A stretch of 63,994 bases of DNA, the filler included, from Basidiobolus ranarum (Eukaryota): NCBI GenBank assembly GCA_040143965.1. It is 8 parts of 8 records of this genome, joined end to end, with 100 filler letters (N's around TTAATTAATTAA, not from the genome) between each part and the next. Parts side by side here need not be neighbours in the genome. Positions count along the whole stretch, not along the records: positions 32,535 to 40,553 come from JASJQH010007908.1; positions 40,654 to 48,653 come from JASJQH010007909.1; positions 48,754 to 56,741 come from JASJQH010007910.1; 5 more parts are not named here. The stretch is one strand, 5' to 3'. Under the pieces are notes generated by a model that saw only the letters and a program-made list of their open reading frames with translations, was not told where the DNA came from and made no database searches. Positions 38,201 through 52,219 of this stretch are shown piece by piece. Each line of letters starts with the position of its first letter. Positions within the stretch are counted from its first letter, which is position 1. The translations under genes were made by a program, and so were the position numbers.

Positions 38201-40314
38201 GAATGCTGAATTCTATTTTCTTTTGGAGAGTTACTTCATTGTGCCACACTGCAGCGTGATATCTATGAGAAGCATGAATATCTAATATGGAGAAATATCA
38301 TTTTTCAGATATTAAATTATTGAAATCACAGCTTAGCATGAATATCCTTGTAAGTATCATGGCCAAAAACCCTAACTGACTACCCTACTAGCTACTCTCT
38401 GGATTGTTGTATTTCATGCCAGTTCAATCCCAAGGTACTAGATATGCCAAACACTCAATAAAATAGTCATTTATTCCAACAGATAACAGTGATGGCAAGC
38501 AATTTGTATTACTTCTGCTTATCATGAATTAATCTAAAGCTTCATATTGGCATTTTTGATGTTGATTATTGCTTCGGGAAAGTAAGAAGACAGTCTGGTT
38601 CACCTTTGCTGATCCTGGGGCCTTCACACCCCAACATCATTATCCCATTAGATTTGTAGTCCAATCTTGATGAGCTAATACCTCGCCTAGCAGCAATAGT
38701 CACAGTATATCATACAGAAGTGTTCTGTCAGACTCTACCTCTTAGAGAATGGATTACCTGCATATTCAGTTGACACTATTTCCTTGGAATGAATGTTTGC
38801 AAAGATTACTTGAAGCAGGGTACAATGGTTTTCAAATAAGGGTGCCTCGGAAAACAATTCCTAATTAGGAACAAACTTATTGTAGCAATGCTGGCTCTGA
38901 GAGAAGTACATGATGAAGAATTGCGCACTTTGGCTTTTATGAGTGCAACTATTGCTTAAAGTGTAGATGGTCATGGTCTTCATGGATTCATTGAAAAATA
39001 TGGGCTGATTCTTACTATGATTACGTGGTGAATGGTATTTACTGTTGAATCTAAATACTCTCCAAATATGTTTCATTTTCCTAAACACTGCCTATCATGA
39101 TGAATTTTGCACTATTGCTACCAAGCTAGTTGTAAAGCTCGAAGATGGACGCAGAGAGTACGTCTAATAGCTATATTTCATTACAGTAAGTATTATAGCA
39201 AACTAACATATGGCTATCTATACTACCTGTAAACATAAAGTGCATCCGATTGGAGATTGATAGTTCAACATTGGAAGTAGATATTTGAGTCGGAAGACAC
39301 GGAAAACGAATATTGGCCTTTGATGGTAATTGATTGCGATATACTCTGCAGTATTTGGGGCGTACTACACTCCGCATATTGACCAATCAAGTCATTCTAA
39401 TCAAGCCTAATGTATGCGAGCTTTGGCTGCAATGCAGTTTTGTCGTAAGATTTGTACTTCGCGCATCTAGTTTGGCTGTACTCTTTTGACAGCCAGTGTA
39501 CCCTCATTGGGATTGAACAGTTCTGCTTCTCATGCATTCTTGCTACCAACTATTTGAAAACACACTCTTTCCCTAGATATCGGTAGCAGTAGTGACATAT
39601 TCGATGTTGAGGTGACATCAACATTATGAGTAGTATATGGTTAATCTAGACACTAACTCTATAACAGGTTTGAAAAGAGGCTGCAGTGTGCCACTGTAAT
39701 AGTTGGAGAGTGCGGAGTAGATGTGAAATAAAATGCCGCTTAACAAATTCTTCCAACTTACCCTACTACGCTAAATTCAGATTCGATTTCTAGTAACATA
39801 TTGCTGTTGCGAAGTAGAAACAATAATAAATCAGCCACCGTATTTGTGACCGATTTTGTTGGGCTGTAGTTAACAGTTTTGTATTGAATAGAATCCAAAC
39901 AGTTTTATACTAATAGTATTGAGATGATTTTTGTAATGGTTTTCATACTCATTTTTACAGGACCCAGTATTGCCCTAGTAACGAATACACCTGGAATGGG
40001 AATGAATAGGAATGGTTGCTATAATAGGTGTAACATGGCCATATTGAATTTCAACAAAGGTTTTAGTTCTGGTCCATAGATTATCTCACTACCTTGCTTG
40101 ACGATTACCTTTGGCTCAAACTATAAAGCATTTTAGTTGAACATCAATGACCTTGACAGTTGAGAGAGAGACCGTTTATTAGTGTCTATTTTATACCGCC
40201 TGATGTATTTATAAAGAAATTGATATCTTCAATATGTGACATGCACACTTTATAGTTGAATTCAATAACGAAATCCGGAATATCTCCACGAAATTACAAC
40301 CGGAAAATTTCTGT

Positions 40315-40553
40315 TTAAAACTTGGCGGCCATTCTAGCAAATACACCTACTAAAACAGCATTGAAATCTAGTGCTGGTTCATTTTCAACATGTCTCTGTC
40401 TACCATCTCGGTGTGAGTCATCCTTTCTGGGACCACCTACCAAACCTCCATGGAGTATATGTTGATTGGGCTTTCGACTAGAATAAAGCATCCATCCTAA
40501 TCCGTTTGGCACCCCATGTGAGCCCGCATGAAGTGGATGAAGAGGAAAGTTCT
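40315..40553 (-). CDS. Glycoside hydrolase family 9 (endoglucanase-like), C-terminal fragment
   Basis: NFPLHPLHAGSHG...PNQHILHGGLVGGP..DD...D.R....ENEPALDFNA matches the GH9 C-terminal signatures. 5' truncated. Confidence 0.8.
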
Positions 40554-40653
40554 NNNNNNNNNNNNNNNNNNNNNNNNNNNNNNNNNNNNNNNNNNNNTTA
40601 ATTAATTAANNNNNNNNNNNNNNNNNNNNNNNNNNNNNNNNNNNNNNNNNNNN
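40554..40653. other. Artificial contig spacer
   Basis: N44-TTAATTAATTAA-N44. Confidence 0.98.
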
Positions 40654-40654
40654 T

Positions 40655-40930
40655 ACTCTTCACTTGGTTCTCCGTCTTCGTGGTGGTGCCAAGAAGAGAA
40701 AGAAGAAGACTTACACTACCCCCAAGAAGATTCCCCACAAGCACAAGAAGGTCAAGTTGGCTGTCCTCAAGTACTATAAGGTTGACGAGAACGGTAAAAT
40801 CACCCGTCTCAGACGTGAATGTCCTTCCCCTGAGTGCGGTGCTGGTGTCTTCATGGCCTGGCATCACGACCGTCAATACTGTGGTAAATGTGGTCTCACC
40901 TATGTCTTCAAGAAGGACGGTGAAAACTAA
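40655..40930 (+). CDS. RPS31: Ubiquitin-40S ribosomal protein S27a/eS31 fusion, 3' part
   Basis: [25 protein letters not shown]...[25 protein letters not shown]. Confidence 0.97.
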   Translation, partial: TLHLVLRLRGGAKKRKKKTYTTPKKIPHKHKKVKLAVLKYYKVDENGKITRLRRECPSPECGAGVFMAWHHDRQYCGKCGLTYVFKKDGEN

Positions 40931-42323
40931 GCCCCTTTTAACATCTGCGGTATTGCATTAGTATGGTTTCTAATTTATGAATTAAAGATCAGGCTTTCTT
41001 AACATAATTTCATTGTTACCACCTGATGGATGGATTTCTTCGTTTTTTTGGATTGAAGGCTGTGTATAAAAGATGTTAACAAAATCAGTAGTTATCATGC
41101 TTGTTTCATGCTAACGAAATATTCCTTGATTACTGGCCCCTTTGAAAATGGAAATGTTGGTGACATTCGATATGTTTCCGTAAGCGATGTTAGGATACCA
41201 TTTAGAACATCAACGTATGCTTACGGTTAGGTAATCCGGGGATGTGTTATGCATTTTCCAGTAGACCTAACTTTATGTATACATCTTTCTGATGAATGTT
41301 TCCAAGTTTTATGTTCAATATATCGTGTGTACTGAACCTGAACATGTGATGAGTATTTATATACATCTGCTGTACTGATCACTTTCTAGAGCATTGATAT
41401 TAGCTACTCTACAGCCCTCACATAGACTATTTAGCTGCATCATTGAGGGCTTCCTAAGATATAGTGCAAGGTGTATATATATATATCTACCTCACTATTG
41501 ATATTCATTTGGTATCAGCATGTATGAATTTTAGGAAACGTTTAATTGTTTCCTGAACCAAATTAACCTTCGGAATTGACACAACGATTCTAAAAAAATT
41601 CACTGCTCACAGAGGCATGACAAACAAATCATGAGTTCATGTTCAATATACCTAATTGCTTATAAGCGGTTGAGTATCTTATCAGCAAACTATCCAAGTT
41701 ATGTATAATTTATCAACATATGTATATGCTTAATTATTGTGGCTAAAAGAGTTATGAAAAGCCCAAAAAGATTCCGAACACATATCTATTGCCATTGAGC
41801 GACAGATGAAAATGATTATACTAAATAAATATCTAGAAAAACTATGATACCCATAGTTTGTCTAAGAGTATATATTACCCTCAGTTTAAGCATGCATTTA
41901 AACTCCAATATGTGTTTGGACATTGGGTAGACTCATTATTGAACAAAGAACTGCAGCTGTAGCCTTATCTAATGCGAGGCTTAGCAATATCACAAGGCTG
42001 GCCTTCACAGAATTTAACGCTGTTGAAGAAAACCTCGATCTAAAAGCAAGGTGATTCAATATTGACAATTGCTAGCTAATCCCTTCAATTTGAACCAGCA
42101 CCTAAAGAAAGAGCAGCAAGTACTTGTATGGTCACTTGGGTGACGGTTTATTCATGTCTCTATCCATTTACAATATCCACCTATTTACGATAACGTATCT
42201 ATAAGTGCCTCTATCTATCATAAACTGCGTATCATTAATAAGAATTCTACTTGGAGGGGTGTTTGGTATGGATAAATCAACAACTGCTACAGGTATGGAA
42301 GTCACAAAATACCACTTCACCTT

Positions 42324-44477
42324 TCACAATTCATGAAAATTGAAGATATTCCCCAAATCTGGCTCAACGAGAACCTCGTCGGAATTTGGGTACATGCTAC
42401 CAAAGTCGAACGGTATGGTAATGGCTGTGCTTCCGAAACTCGCATCTAGGTTCCCTTCCGGTGTGAATGAAGAATATACGGCACTGGCGGTGATCCGGGA
42501 TATCGCCAAAGAGTATGCTTGCTCCGTGGCCTCTTTGATTTGAATCATTTGAAAGACATCTTTGACGGTGTTCTGCCATATCGGATCAAAATGGTGGGTA
42601 AGCTCATAGGTAGAGTCTATGTGTCGCTTGGCTTCGTGACAGAATAATAATTTTTCACGATCATCTATGCCGTTCGCTGAGCCAATAGACGTACTAAAGC
42701 TCATGTCGGAAATCCAATTTATCATCGTTAACAGCGAGTCACAGGTTCGAGGAATATAGGAAAATATGGATGGATCATCGATCAGATCTTTATCAAACGA
42801 GGACCGGGTAAGTTTAATGAGCTCATCCGCTACAAGGGCAACAGAGCTAAGTTAGCTTCGGTTCGATAGAAAAATTTGGTAATAAAAGGAGTCAGTTACC
42901 TATTTCCAGGCACTCTCTGAGCACATCTTTGGCTAAAGGGGCGAGACACAACGTCAAATGGATTTGGTGCAGATATAGTTTGCTTTGGAGAAAATTGACC
43001 CGCACCCATCTTAGCACTCGAGTCGTACTCACATGAATGGTGCTATCTGGTACCTTCACTACACATAGCAGATCATATCGGAGTTGGCTAGGTAATCGAT
43101 TGTCCCAGCACTCTAGTCTCAATTGCAATTGTTGGACATTTGACAGCAATTTAGAAGTCAGCTCATTAACACCATCTGAGAAATTGAATGCTGTGTTGTA
43201 ATCCTTCACTGAATTCATAACATTACCTATGTCTGTGAGAAGAATGTCGATTTCAAGTTCAAAAATCGCCATTTGTCGGTCTTCATGAGGTAGCATCAAA
43301 GTATTGTCTACCCAGCTACGTGGTTCATGTGATTGAAAGGCCATTTTCTGCCACTTCTCATCGTCACCTGGTAGTAGTACATATGCCTTTTGCTCATCTA
43401 TCGACAATACTGGCTTTGTCGATGCATCACCAAAACAATGACTCATCAGAAATACCCACCAGAAAAGTCGACGTCGTTCTTCTTTTTCAATGGTGTCATT
43501 GGGGCCACCGATTGTCGTATCATTTTCTACATCCTGAACAGGAAGCCCCATCTCTTGAGAAATTCTTTGAAAGTAAATAGTATGAGAAGTCAGTTTGAGG
43601 TCGTCAAACGGTGGAAATTATTCTTACTTGGAAACCATCACTAAGTAAATAAGAACACTTCTATTTAGAATCCAGTAAATAGCAGTAAAAACTAACGAAA
43701 AAATAAGTCTTACTGAAACACCTCGACGCTGTGAATTCATCCCCATCAAAGTACATCATGGTGGACAAAATCAATAGCGCGCTTGCGCTGTACATACTCG
43801 GCTCCATAAACATCTGCTGTTGGGCAAGCTGCAGAGCAGTTCCAGCCAAGTCTGTCTCTTGTATGATCTTTACCCATTTATTATGGATTCCTCGATTAGA
43901 CGTTTCGGACTTAATCTTCTTCAAAAAAACCCTACTAGCCATGGCAAACATGGAGTAAAGTAAAATATCGGGAAGAACCTGTTTACTAAGACGGTAGAAA
44001 AAATATTTGTGGTGAAATACTGGTACTGAACAGCTAAAACTGGTCATGAACGATTGTAGCAGTTGCATCTGAAGTTGTATAGGAATTTTGGAGAGGATAT
44101 TAGTTGGTGTCGATATAGGACTTAGACTCCGTGGTAGTCTGACGTTCATCAATTCTTTCCGCATTGATGAGCTCAAAAGTTGTGTATTTTGTAGTGAAGA
44201 ACGTTTCAAGTTCTCTAGCGTGCCAGTTGACCTCAGACCTACTAAATATCCTTTCGGAGGACCTCGCTTATAAAGTGAAAGGTGTTACTGATGAAGGAAT
44301 CTATCTTTCAACAAGTAGAATGAAATATCCTACTTTTCGTGGGGCACTATATACACAAGTGGTGTGCTTTTTCAAGCATAAAGAGCAACTGGGCTTCTCT
44401 TTACTACATTTTCTCTTTCGTCTTTGACATTCTTGACAAGACCACAAGGTATCTACTCTGAAACTCAGATTTTCCAT
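42324..44477 (-). CDS. Zn(II)2Cys6 fungal transcription factor with middle homology region; 5 exons
   Basis: CQECQRRKRKCSKEKPSCSLCLKKHTTCVY, RKRGPPKG across intron 44333-44267, and EERRRLFWWVF. Introns at 43713-43641, 43627-43565 and ~42899-42831 keep the frame. Confidence 0.9.
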
Positions 44478-46430
44478 GATATTTAGTCCGTTTGCTGCCA
44501 GAAAATACTAACTCTTAAACTAGAATGCCATACAGTATGTGACGCAAGCCCTTTTGTGTCGCGCGCCGGTGTTATTGCTAGTTGTTAGCTGATTAGTAAT
44601 ACATCAAAATAGATCATTGGCAAGAACTTGATGGCCCAGTAATTCGTCCTCTCTGGAGATTCTTCTCCATCATTGTCAATATATAATACTAAATATTAGA
44701 ATATAGTATAATCTGATGAGATTGATACGCAGAATAGATCTGAACCCACCAACGGTTCCACTATAGGTTATTCTTGACCAAATTGTGGCACTACTGTATG
44801 GGAGCTTAAATCAAATAAACTATAAATCTTAATATCGAATCCACGGTTGTCTCAACTTCATCCAGTAACTGTTTAAACTTGCACCATCAGGTCCAGTGAT
44901 GGGACTGCATAAATTCTAGATTACTTTATCCAATATATATACAGGTTTGCCACTATGAGGTCTTGTATATAAACTCATCCATATATTATATGCCCATGTT
45001 TACTCAGAGATTCCAAAGCTAGATTTCCTACGAAAGTTATTGGAGAAAATTAAAAAATTTCTAGCGATGTTTAGGGGAAAAGCGAAAGAACTGAATGGCA
45101 CTGATTTAAAAAGTGAAAATCTGCTTTGAAGAAGAATGAATACCATATATATATAATATTTGGTTCTGGGAATCCTATCATTCTTAGATCGATCTGATAT
45201 TCTTATTCCTAGACACAAATACATATCAGTACCACAAACAGTCCCATCAGAGGCTTCAACTGGACAGAATATTCCTCTATTATAATCTTTGACATTCCTA
45301 TCTTTCATTCTAGTTATTTCTCTCACCGGGGAATAAGTATCATCTAATACTCCCGATATCACCAATAGTAGAATAATAGAGCCTTGTGTTACTTGTATGC
45401 TGGAGTCAGAATTCACTGAAACATATGGAGAAGTGGGTATGTGCGTTATTAAGCTTGTTGAGACATGAACCAAGCCACAGTATTGGTAGACTTTATTCAT
45501 GTTTATTTTCAACCAGGTGAATTGGTAGGACCAACAAAATCGATTACTAGTTCAAATGCAACGTATCCCTAAATGGATTAGAAACATACTTCGGTAGGTC
45601 ACATTAAATGAAGTCCTGATAGAGGCTAATCACTGGACAAGACGCGATTGACTCACAGGAAATGCTTGATATAGCTGATAAACAAGTCGTCTATTGAAAT
45701 ATTGAAGCTAGGCACCTAAATGTTTGTATATCAGGTTCAGCCTCTATGATGTTGGTTTGCTGAATATGCTGTAGGTCATAATCATAACATCGATTTTGAA
45801 TATATTTTGGAGACATCCAAAAAAACAAAACGTTAAAACTCATCAAAAACTCCACAAAATCTCTAAGCACTCTAGCAACACAACATTGGTGTAGTTGATT
45901 TTCATTTTCAACATACATAAAAATATATATTTTCAATTTAATGGCACCAAGCCAAAATTACATAGTTCTTGTTGAGTTTTTCTATTGCTTCCTGAGAGTT
46001 GTTTAAGTATGTTCTGCCTCTCTAACGAGACTTGAGTATTTGCTGTATATGGAACTTAATATGGATATATAGAAAAACATTAGTCAAGACACATTTTGTG
46101 GATGTGACTTTTAATATATAAAAACATACCCTTTTGACTGGTTTATAGCCTAATCCGAATAGTATTATATAAGTAGCAAAACTATCTTCAATAATATGGG
46201 TACTGCAATGCATGGATTATTATATGTATGGCAAAAATTTACTGTCAGATGATATACACTTCATTAACTTGCAAGTATTTCTGATCCATAGAGGATTTAA
46301 TTATTTTGGTACTTCTTGTTTCTGGTCTTTTAACTTCCCGGACTCTTCATGCCAATAAGTCATATGGTCAATAAGTATAAGAGTGGTTATCAACTTTATT
46401 TATTTTCATACTTCTCATACAAAATAACAC

Positions 46431-48542
46431 TTAGAGTTCGGTTGGGTCCATCTTCATTCTGTCCCAAAATCTGGCAGTCAAGATAGCGTCTGCAAAGGAT
46501 TCACTAACTTCACTGGTGTTGGGGCTTTCACATGTGATGACACCTTTGAGCTCATTGACGACAAGACCTTTCTTCTTATAAGGAATACCCGCTCTGTTAA
46601 TTAATTCAACTCCCTCACCTGTAGCAGCTATAGGCTTGCCGTGGCGATAGGCTTCACGAACAAACTCAATTGGTTCGTCATACTGGAATGCTGAGCTTTG
46701 TGAAAGTAACATTTCAATCGATTTCCTTCCACCTGGGACATAAACCGCATCGTAAAGGACTGATGAAGTCGTAGTGAATGTATTCTTAACTATCATATTC
46801 AGATTCTTGATTTTACCGAGATAAGGTCCAACAAGATCTGGATAAGCTCCTTTAGATTTCAAACTGTTGTACATAGCCTCTACTTGTGAGTTATCAACCC
46901 CATCAGCGACAAGAATGGCAACCGTACGCGTTTTAATGTTGGTTTTAGGGTATTTTTCAATGGAGAGACCGACGGATTTCTTTTTCTTGTTTACATTGGT
47001 TACCTCTGTCGGTAGCTCTACCCCAATGGCTATAGCCACACGTCTTGCTAGATTGTGGTCAACGTTATTCAATAACTCGATCATTTTGTCGCGAATTAAC
47101 TGTGATTTGGTTTTGCCTAGTTCAAAGCGAGCAGCAGCGATAAGTTGTTGCTATAAAATTGGAATAGATTAATTTGAGGACTATTAGGCTTGGGTATATT
47201 CCTTTGATGACTTACTTGTTCATTCTCGGTTAAACTATTATAAAATAGTTGTGGCTGAGAGAAATAGTCAAAGAAACTAGGTGCAGTGCCCCTTTCTTTT
47301 TTACCATCCACCTTGTCAGCGTAGGACTCATAGCCACCGACATTAGAAGAAGCCATTCGAGGGGAATTGTTTTGCAAGTTGTTCGGAAAGTACGCAACTT
47401 TACCTTTGTTTATGGTGGTCTGCATAAATCCATCTCTTTGATTATTATGAACAGCGTTGATGGGACGATTGATTGGAATCTGATGATAATTAGCACTGCC
47501 GTGTCTGTTCAGCTGAGTATCAAGGTAACTGAATAGACGACCTTGCAAAAGTGGATCGTTGGTGAAATCTATGCCTGGCACTACGTGACCAAGATGGAAA
47601 CTGACTTGTTCTGTTTCAGCGAAATAATTGTCAACATTACGATTCAAAGTCTAAAATACAGGCGGAGATTAACGTCTATAAATAACTGCCAACCATTGAC
47701 ATTTCGTAAATTATACATACCATTTTCCCGATCTTAGTTACTGGAACCAAGGATTCAGGTACAATCTTGGTGGGATCCAATAGATCAAAATCATATTTGA
47801 ACTCATCTTCCTCAGGAATGATTTGAACTCCCAATTCCCATTCTGGAAAATCCCCATTGTTGATGGCGGTGTACAGATCTCTGCGGTGAAAGTCTGGATC
47901 CTTTCCTCCAATCTTTTGAGCTTCGTCCCATACTAAGGTAGCTAAACCTTGAACTGGCTTCCAATGCCATTTGATAAACACCGATTTACCGTCAGGGTTA
48001 ACGAGACGGAAGGTATGTATACCGAAGCCCTCCATCATACGAAGGCTGATCACAATTACATATCAGTAGGTATCTGATAAAAATGCATACAAGTTGCGAT
48101 ATATTACCTTCGAGGAATACCACGCCCCGAGAAGGCCCAGAGTACTGTATGTAAAGATTCCGGAAACTCTGAAAAGAAATCATAAGTAGTGTCATGAGCA
48201 GTGCCCGCTTGAGGCATCTCTGTGTCAGGCTCTGGTTTGGCGGCATGAATAAGATCTGGAAACTTTATGGCATCTAGAAGATTTATAACATGTGAGCAGC
48301 TATCAACAATTACATAAACATTGAATATATCTAGAGAGAATACCTTGAACAAAGAATACAGGAATATCGTTACCGACTATCATACCGATTAAAAGACTTC
48401 GAGTATTAGTAATGTGGTAACATAATATATTTCTTAATCACTAAACTTTACCGATATCAAATAATCCTTCTTCCGTATAGAAGCGTGTAGCAAATCCACG
48501 GACATCTCTTACAGTATCAGCAGATCCACGAGAGCCTAGTAC
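46431..48542 (-). CDS. Large-subunit monofunctional catalase (KatE/CatA-like with C-terminal DJ-1-like domain), multi-exon, 5' truncated
   Basis: [64 protein letters not shown] and C-terminal [21 protein letters not shown]. Confidence 0.95.
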
Positions 48543-48653
48543 CTAATAAGGCAAACGATGCCGCTAATGGCCATGGTGATGGGTCAACTAGATGAAATGG
48601 ATGTGCTTGAATAGCAACACTACGTGTTTGATTTACCATTTTACAAATGAGAG

Positions 48654-48753
48654 NNNNNNNNNNNNNNNNNNNNNNNNNNNNNNNNNNNNNNNNNNNNTTA
48701 ATTAATTAANNNNNNNNNNNNNNNNNNNNNNNNNNNNNNNNNNNNNNNNNNNN
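48654..48753. other. Artificial contig spacer
   Basis: N44-TTAATTAATTAA-N44. Confidence 0.98.
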
Positions 48754-49190
48754 ACGTGTAGAATATGTTAAGGAAGGTCCCAGGAACATGTGTGCAAAGT
48801 TTGGGGCTTCTAGCACAAGTTTGAAAAATCTATATATCTGAGAACTTCTAAGTTGGTAAAAATACTCCAAGTAAATTCCGATTGAGGATAATTGATAATA
48901 TCTTAGTGAGTTATAAGATAAATAGGTACTAAGTTATATATGACTATATAGGTGTTTAGGCAATGCTAATTTCAACATCTTTCACTTATTGATTTATTGA
49001 GTTGAAAGTTGATTTTCATAGTTTTGTCAAGATGTAAATAAGCTAACTTTTAGAATATGTTAAGGAAGGTGCCAGGAACGTGTGTACTAAGTTCGGGGCT
49101 TGTAGCATAAGTTTGAAAAATCTATATATCTGAGAACCTCCAAGTTGGTAAGAATATTCCAAGTAAATTCCGATTGAGAGTAATGGGTGA
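48754..49190 (-). mobile_element. Two tandem partial copies of LTR family A (48754-48977 and ~48985-49190)
   Basis: Copy 1 ends GGCAATGCTAATTTCAACA, the reverse complement of the LTR start. TAGAATATGTTAAGGAAGG...GTTTGAAAAATCTATATATCTGAGAAC...GTAAATTCCGATTGAG occurs twice. Confidence 0.85.
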
Positions 49191-50079
49191 TTGAGATATA
49201 TGGGAATTACCTTATTACTGAAATATCTGGACTAATCCAAATTCATACCCGCACTCTATTGGTAGCTATAGAACAATGACATGGCGTGAATTATTTTGCA
49301 GATAATATTGAACTTGAACCAACCAAATACGTAATAGTTCTATGATTAGCCATTCAAGGTAATGTCTACTTCTGGTTGATTTTGAGATCTTACTTTGTAG
49401 ATTGATCTGATTTAGTGCTTAAAGTAGTTACAATCTCCTAGTAGAGAAGATAAACTTGATCCAACGCGCATGCTTCAATGAATCCACGATCATATCTGTT
49501 GATATAGACGGAATTACCGCGATTATAACAGGTTGGACCATATAGTTTTAATGAACTTACACAAATCTTATTTCAAGTAGAAACTTCTAATCGGGTCCTG
49601 AATACTAGTAATAGAATCCCTAGTTGTGAGAAACCAAAAGTGCGTTCTGGTACAGCTTCGATGGATTTCCGCAGAGTAGGATACATATCCTTGATGTTGG
49701 CGTTTCTTATCTAGAGTTCAATTTAACCCATTCAAGAATCATACATGACTTTAACATTCTTGCCGCTACATCTGTGTAACTACTACTACTGCAAGGTATC
49801 CAGCTGGAATAAACCAGTATCTATAGTACAAATAGTGTTCCAAGACGCATTCTGAAGAAAATGATCACAAGGCTACCTTACGGTCGCGGTTAACCATGGG
49901 AATTTATTTTCAAATTGAAATGAATAAGATAGATATGGGCTGTGCTAATATGAAAAGAGAGAGAAAGGCAAAGTAATATATGACAGGTAGAATAAAATGT
50001 ATGATAGTAGCGTGTATATGGAACTAACTTTACATGGTGGGAGAGGACAAGAGTGGTGGAGAAATAAGGTAAATTGAGT

Positions 50080-51399
50080 TTATGAACTAGTGGCAGCACT
50101 AGTAAAGATAGAGTTTAAGATTCCATTAACTTTACCGTTCGTAAACTCGGGCATCGTAAAGTTGGCCGTTAAGGCAGCAGCAACTGGGGTAGGCATAGGG
50201 TTTGGAGCGGTCGAGCTATTGTTGTTGTTGCTATTTCCCGAACCCAAACCATATAAATGACCGCTGTATTAAAAAATAAAATTCGTTAGATTTACTCTTG
50301 AGCCTACGTTATCACGGTTACTTACAGGAACTTCTCGTCTTCGATATGGTCATCGAAGAAGATTTGTCTCATCTTGAAAAACGTGTTGCATGTAAGAAGA
50401 CTGTCACTACCGGCTTGGTGCTGAGGCCCAATCCTAGGAACCTAGTTTACAAGAAAATGGTCAGATTACATCCATACATCATGCAATCTCACTCTAGTAT
50501 ACCTGTAGTTCATCAGCAATGTCTTGTAATCCACCCTTGAGATTTCTGCAACTTTTCATGAGGTACTTGATGTCGTAAATACAGGGGAAGTAAATACGTA
50601 ATAGCTCAAAGAATTCATTTTCATCCGCAGGAAGTGGAGTACAAGTCAATACTTTCAACAAGTATCCAAAGTCATAACCACTATTAGAAAACAATTGAGT
50701 CAAAAAAACTTCCGGAATAACACTCGGTTAGAATATATACCTATGGAAGGAAATCCATTTGACCTCATCAAATAAAACAAAGCCTGAGCTGGTTAATAGT
50801 TCTCCAAAATGATGGACATCAATTCCGAACTCTTCGTGTTTCTTGAAGTCAATCCCTGACTTGGTCAATAAGTCAATGGAGTCTTGAGCATACATATCAT
50901 CACTATGACAGATCATTAGCTGGTACCTCCAAAGATATTTATAGTGATAGATGATTACCTCAAATTAAACTTGAAATTGAATTGCCAAGTACATGTACCA
51001 GGTGGTAGATTTCCTCTTGCATCGGCTAAAGTTATGCCTAACTGAATCAATTTCAATAAATCTACGTTACAACGCAGCGTTTGGAAATGATAATCAGCAG
51101 AAGTTTTGAATGTTCCGATAGGTCTGGCCACAACCCCGGGAAATTCAGTATCCTAGATGATTTCAAATTCTCTTAGTTCCTTGAAGACTAAAATAGGTAC
51201 GTGTTAAAGTGAAGATGATTGATTGACGCGTGAAAATACAATTTTAAAAGAAATAGGTGTTGTGAAGGAGTAAAGCGTGTGAGAAACTTACCATTGCAAC
51301 GTAGGGATACTTTTCAATGAGGACTCTTAGATAGGCCATCTCTTGCTCAAGGTTTTCCGCCCATACTTCTTTGATGAGTCTACTTTCTTGGGTTAACAT
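50080..51399 (-). CDS. CAF1: CCR4-NOT deadenylase subunit Caf1/Pop2 (CNOT7/8), multi-exon
   Basis: [78 protein letters not shown] and GHLYGLG motifs. Confidence 0.95.
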
Positions 51400-52219
51400 T
51401 TTGTTCAATGAGGTGAATCGTGTATCGTATGGAGTTTTTTCTACAAATATACTTGGCTTTTAGAGCTTGAATATTTTAGTGACGTTAATGATACACCCTT
51501 CTGCCCTATCATGCGTAGATGTAATCAGGATGATCTCAGTTTTTTTAGGAGTTATAATTGGTCCCCCAATTTGTATTTTTTTATGAGATGAGTATCAGAG
51601 CCGACAAATCCCCCTAATCCTAATTTTTGCACTTCGGATTTACGTGCCAAACAAGCACCCTAATTGGTTTTCTCAAGATCAAAGCACTCATCAAGCGTTT
51701 GCATGCAATTTGATCATTTTCGGTTTGACTTAGATAAGAAATGCTTCATTTCTGGGAAATTTTTACTTGGATGAGCAATGGTACATACACTGCGTGGTTG
51801 CATTCAGTATTGTATACCTGCATTGGCTACTGTGATAGATTGATATTGATCACCTACTTGCTGCTTTAAATGCTCAGAAAGGCGCCAATATGACAATGGC
51901 CATCCCCTAAATGCGTCTCCAATCCGTAATAACAAACAACCCCTATTTCGCTATTTCAAATCCTATCCAATTATGATAGGGGGGTCATTATCCCCGAATT
52001 TACCCGGTGCCCCTCAGGAGGAGGATGCAAGGGCTTATTGAGCTGATGCCATCAATTTCTTCTTTCTCCAACCACGTTTCTGTAAAAAATATATGTGCGT
52101 ATCTCCCGCAACTTGTGTGTTAGTTGGATGAGATCTATGAAAGCCATGGATACACCTATTGAATATACAGCCAACTAATTTCCCTTTACTTTTCATTGAC
52201 TACATGTTAGATATACGTT

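Noticed and set aside
36100..39500. Possible pseudogene remnants downstream of the GH9 fragment
   Set aside because: Only vague resemblance to coding sequence; not supportable by eye.
40598..40961. Extra ORFs overlapping RPS31
   Set aside because: Antisense and alternative-frame shadows; one runs into the N spacer.
45000..45512. 170-aa minus-strand ORF
   Set aside because: Non-ATG start in AT-rich intergenic DNA with no recognisable motif.
8626..51399. BTG and CAF1 as a physically linked gene system
   Set aside because: They are on different contigs joined artificially, so co-occurrence in the window is chance.
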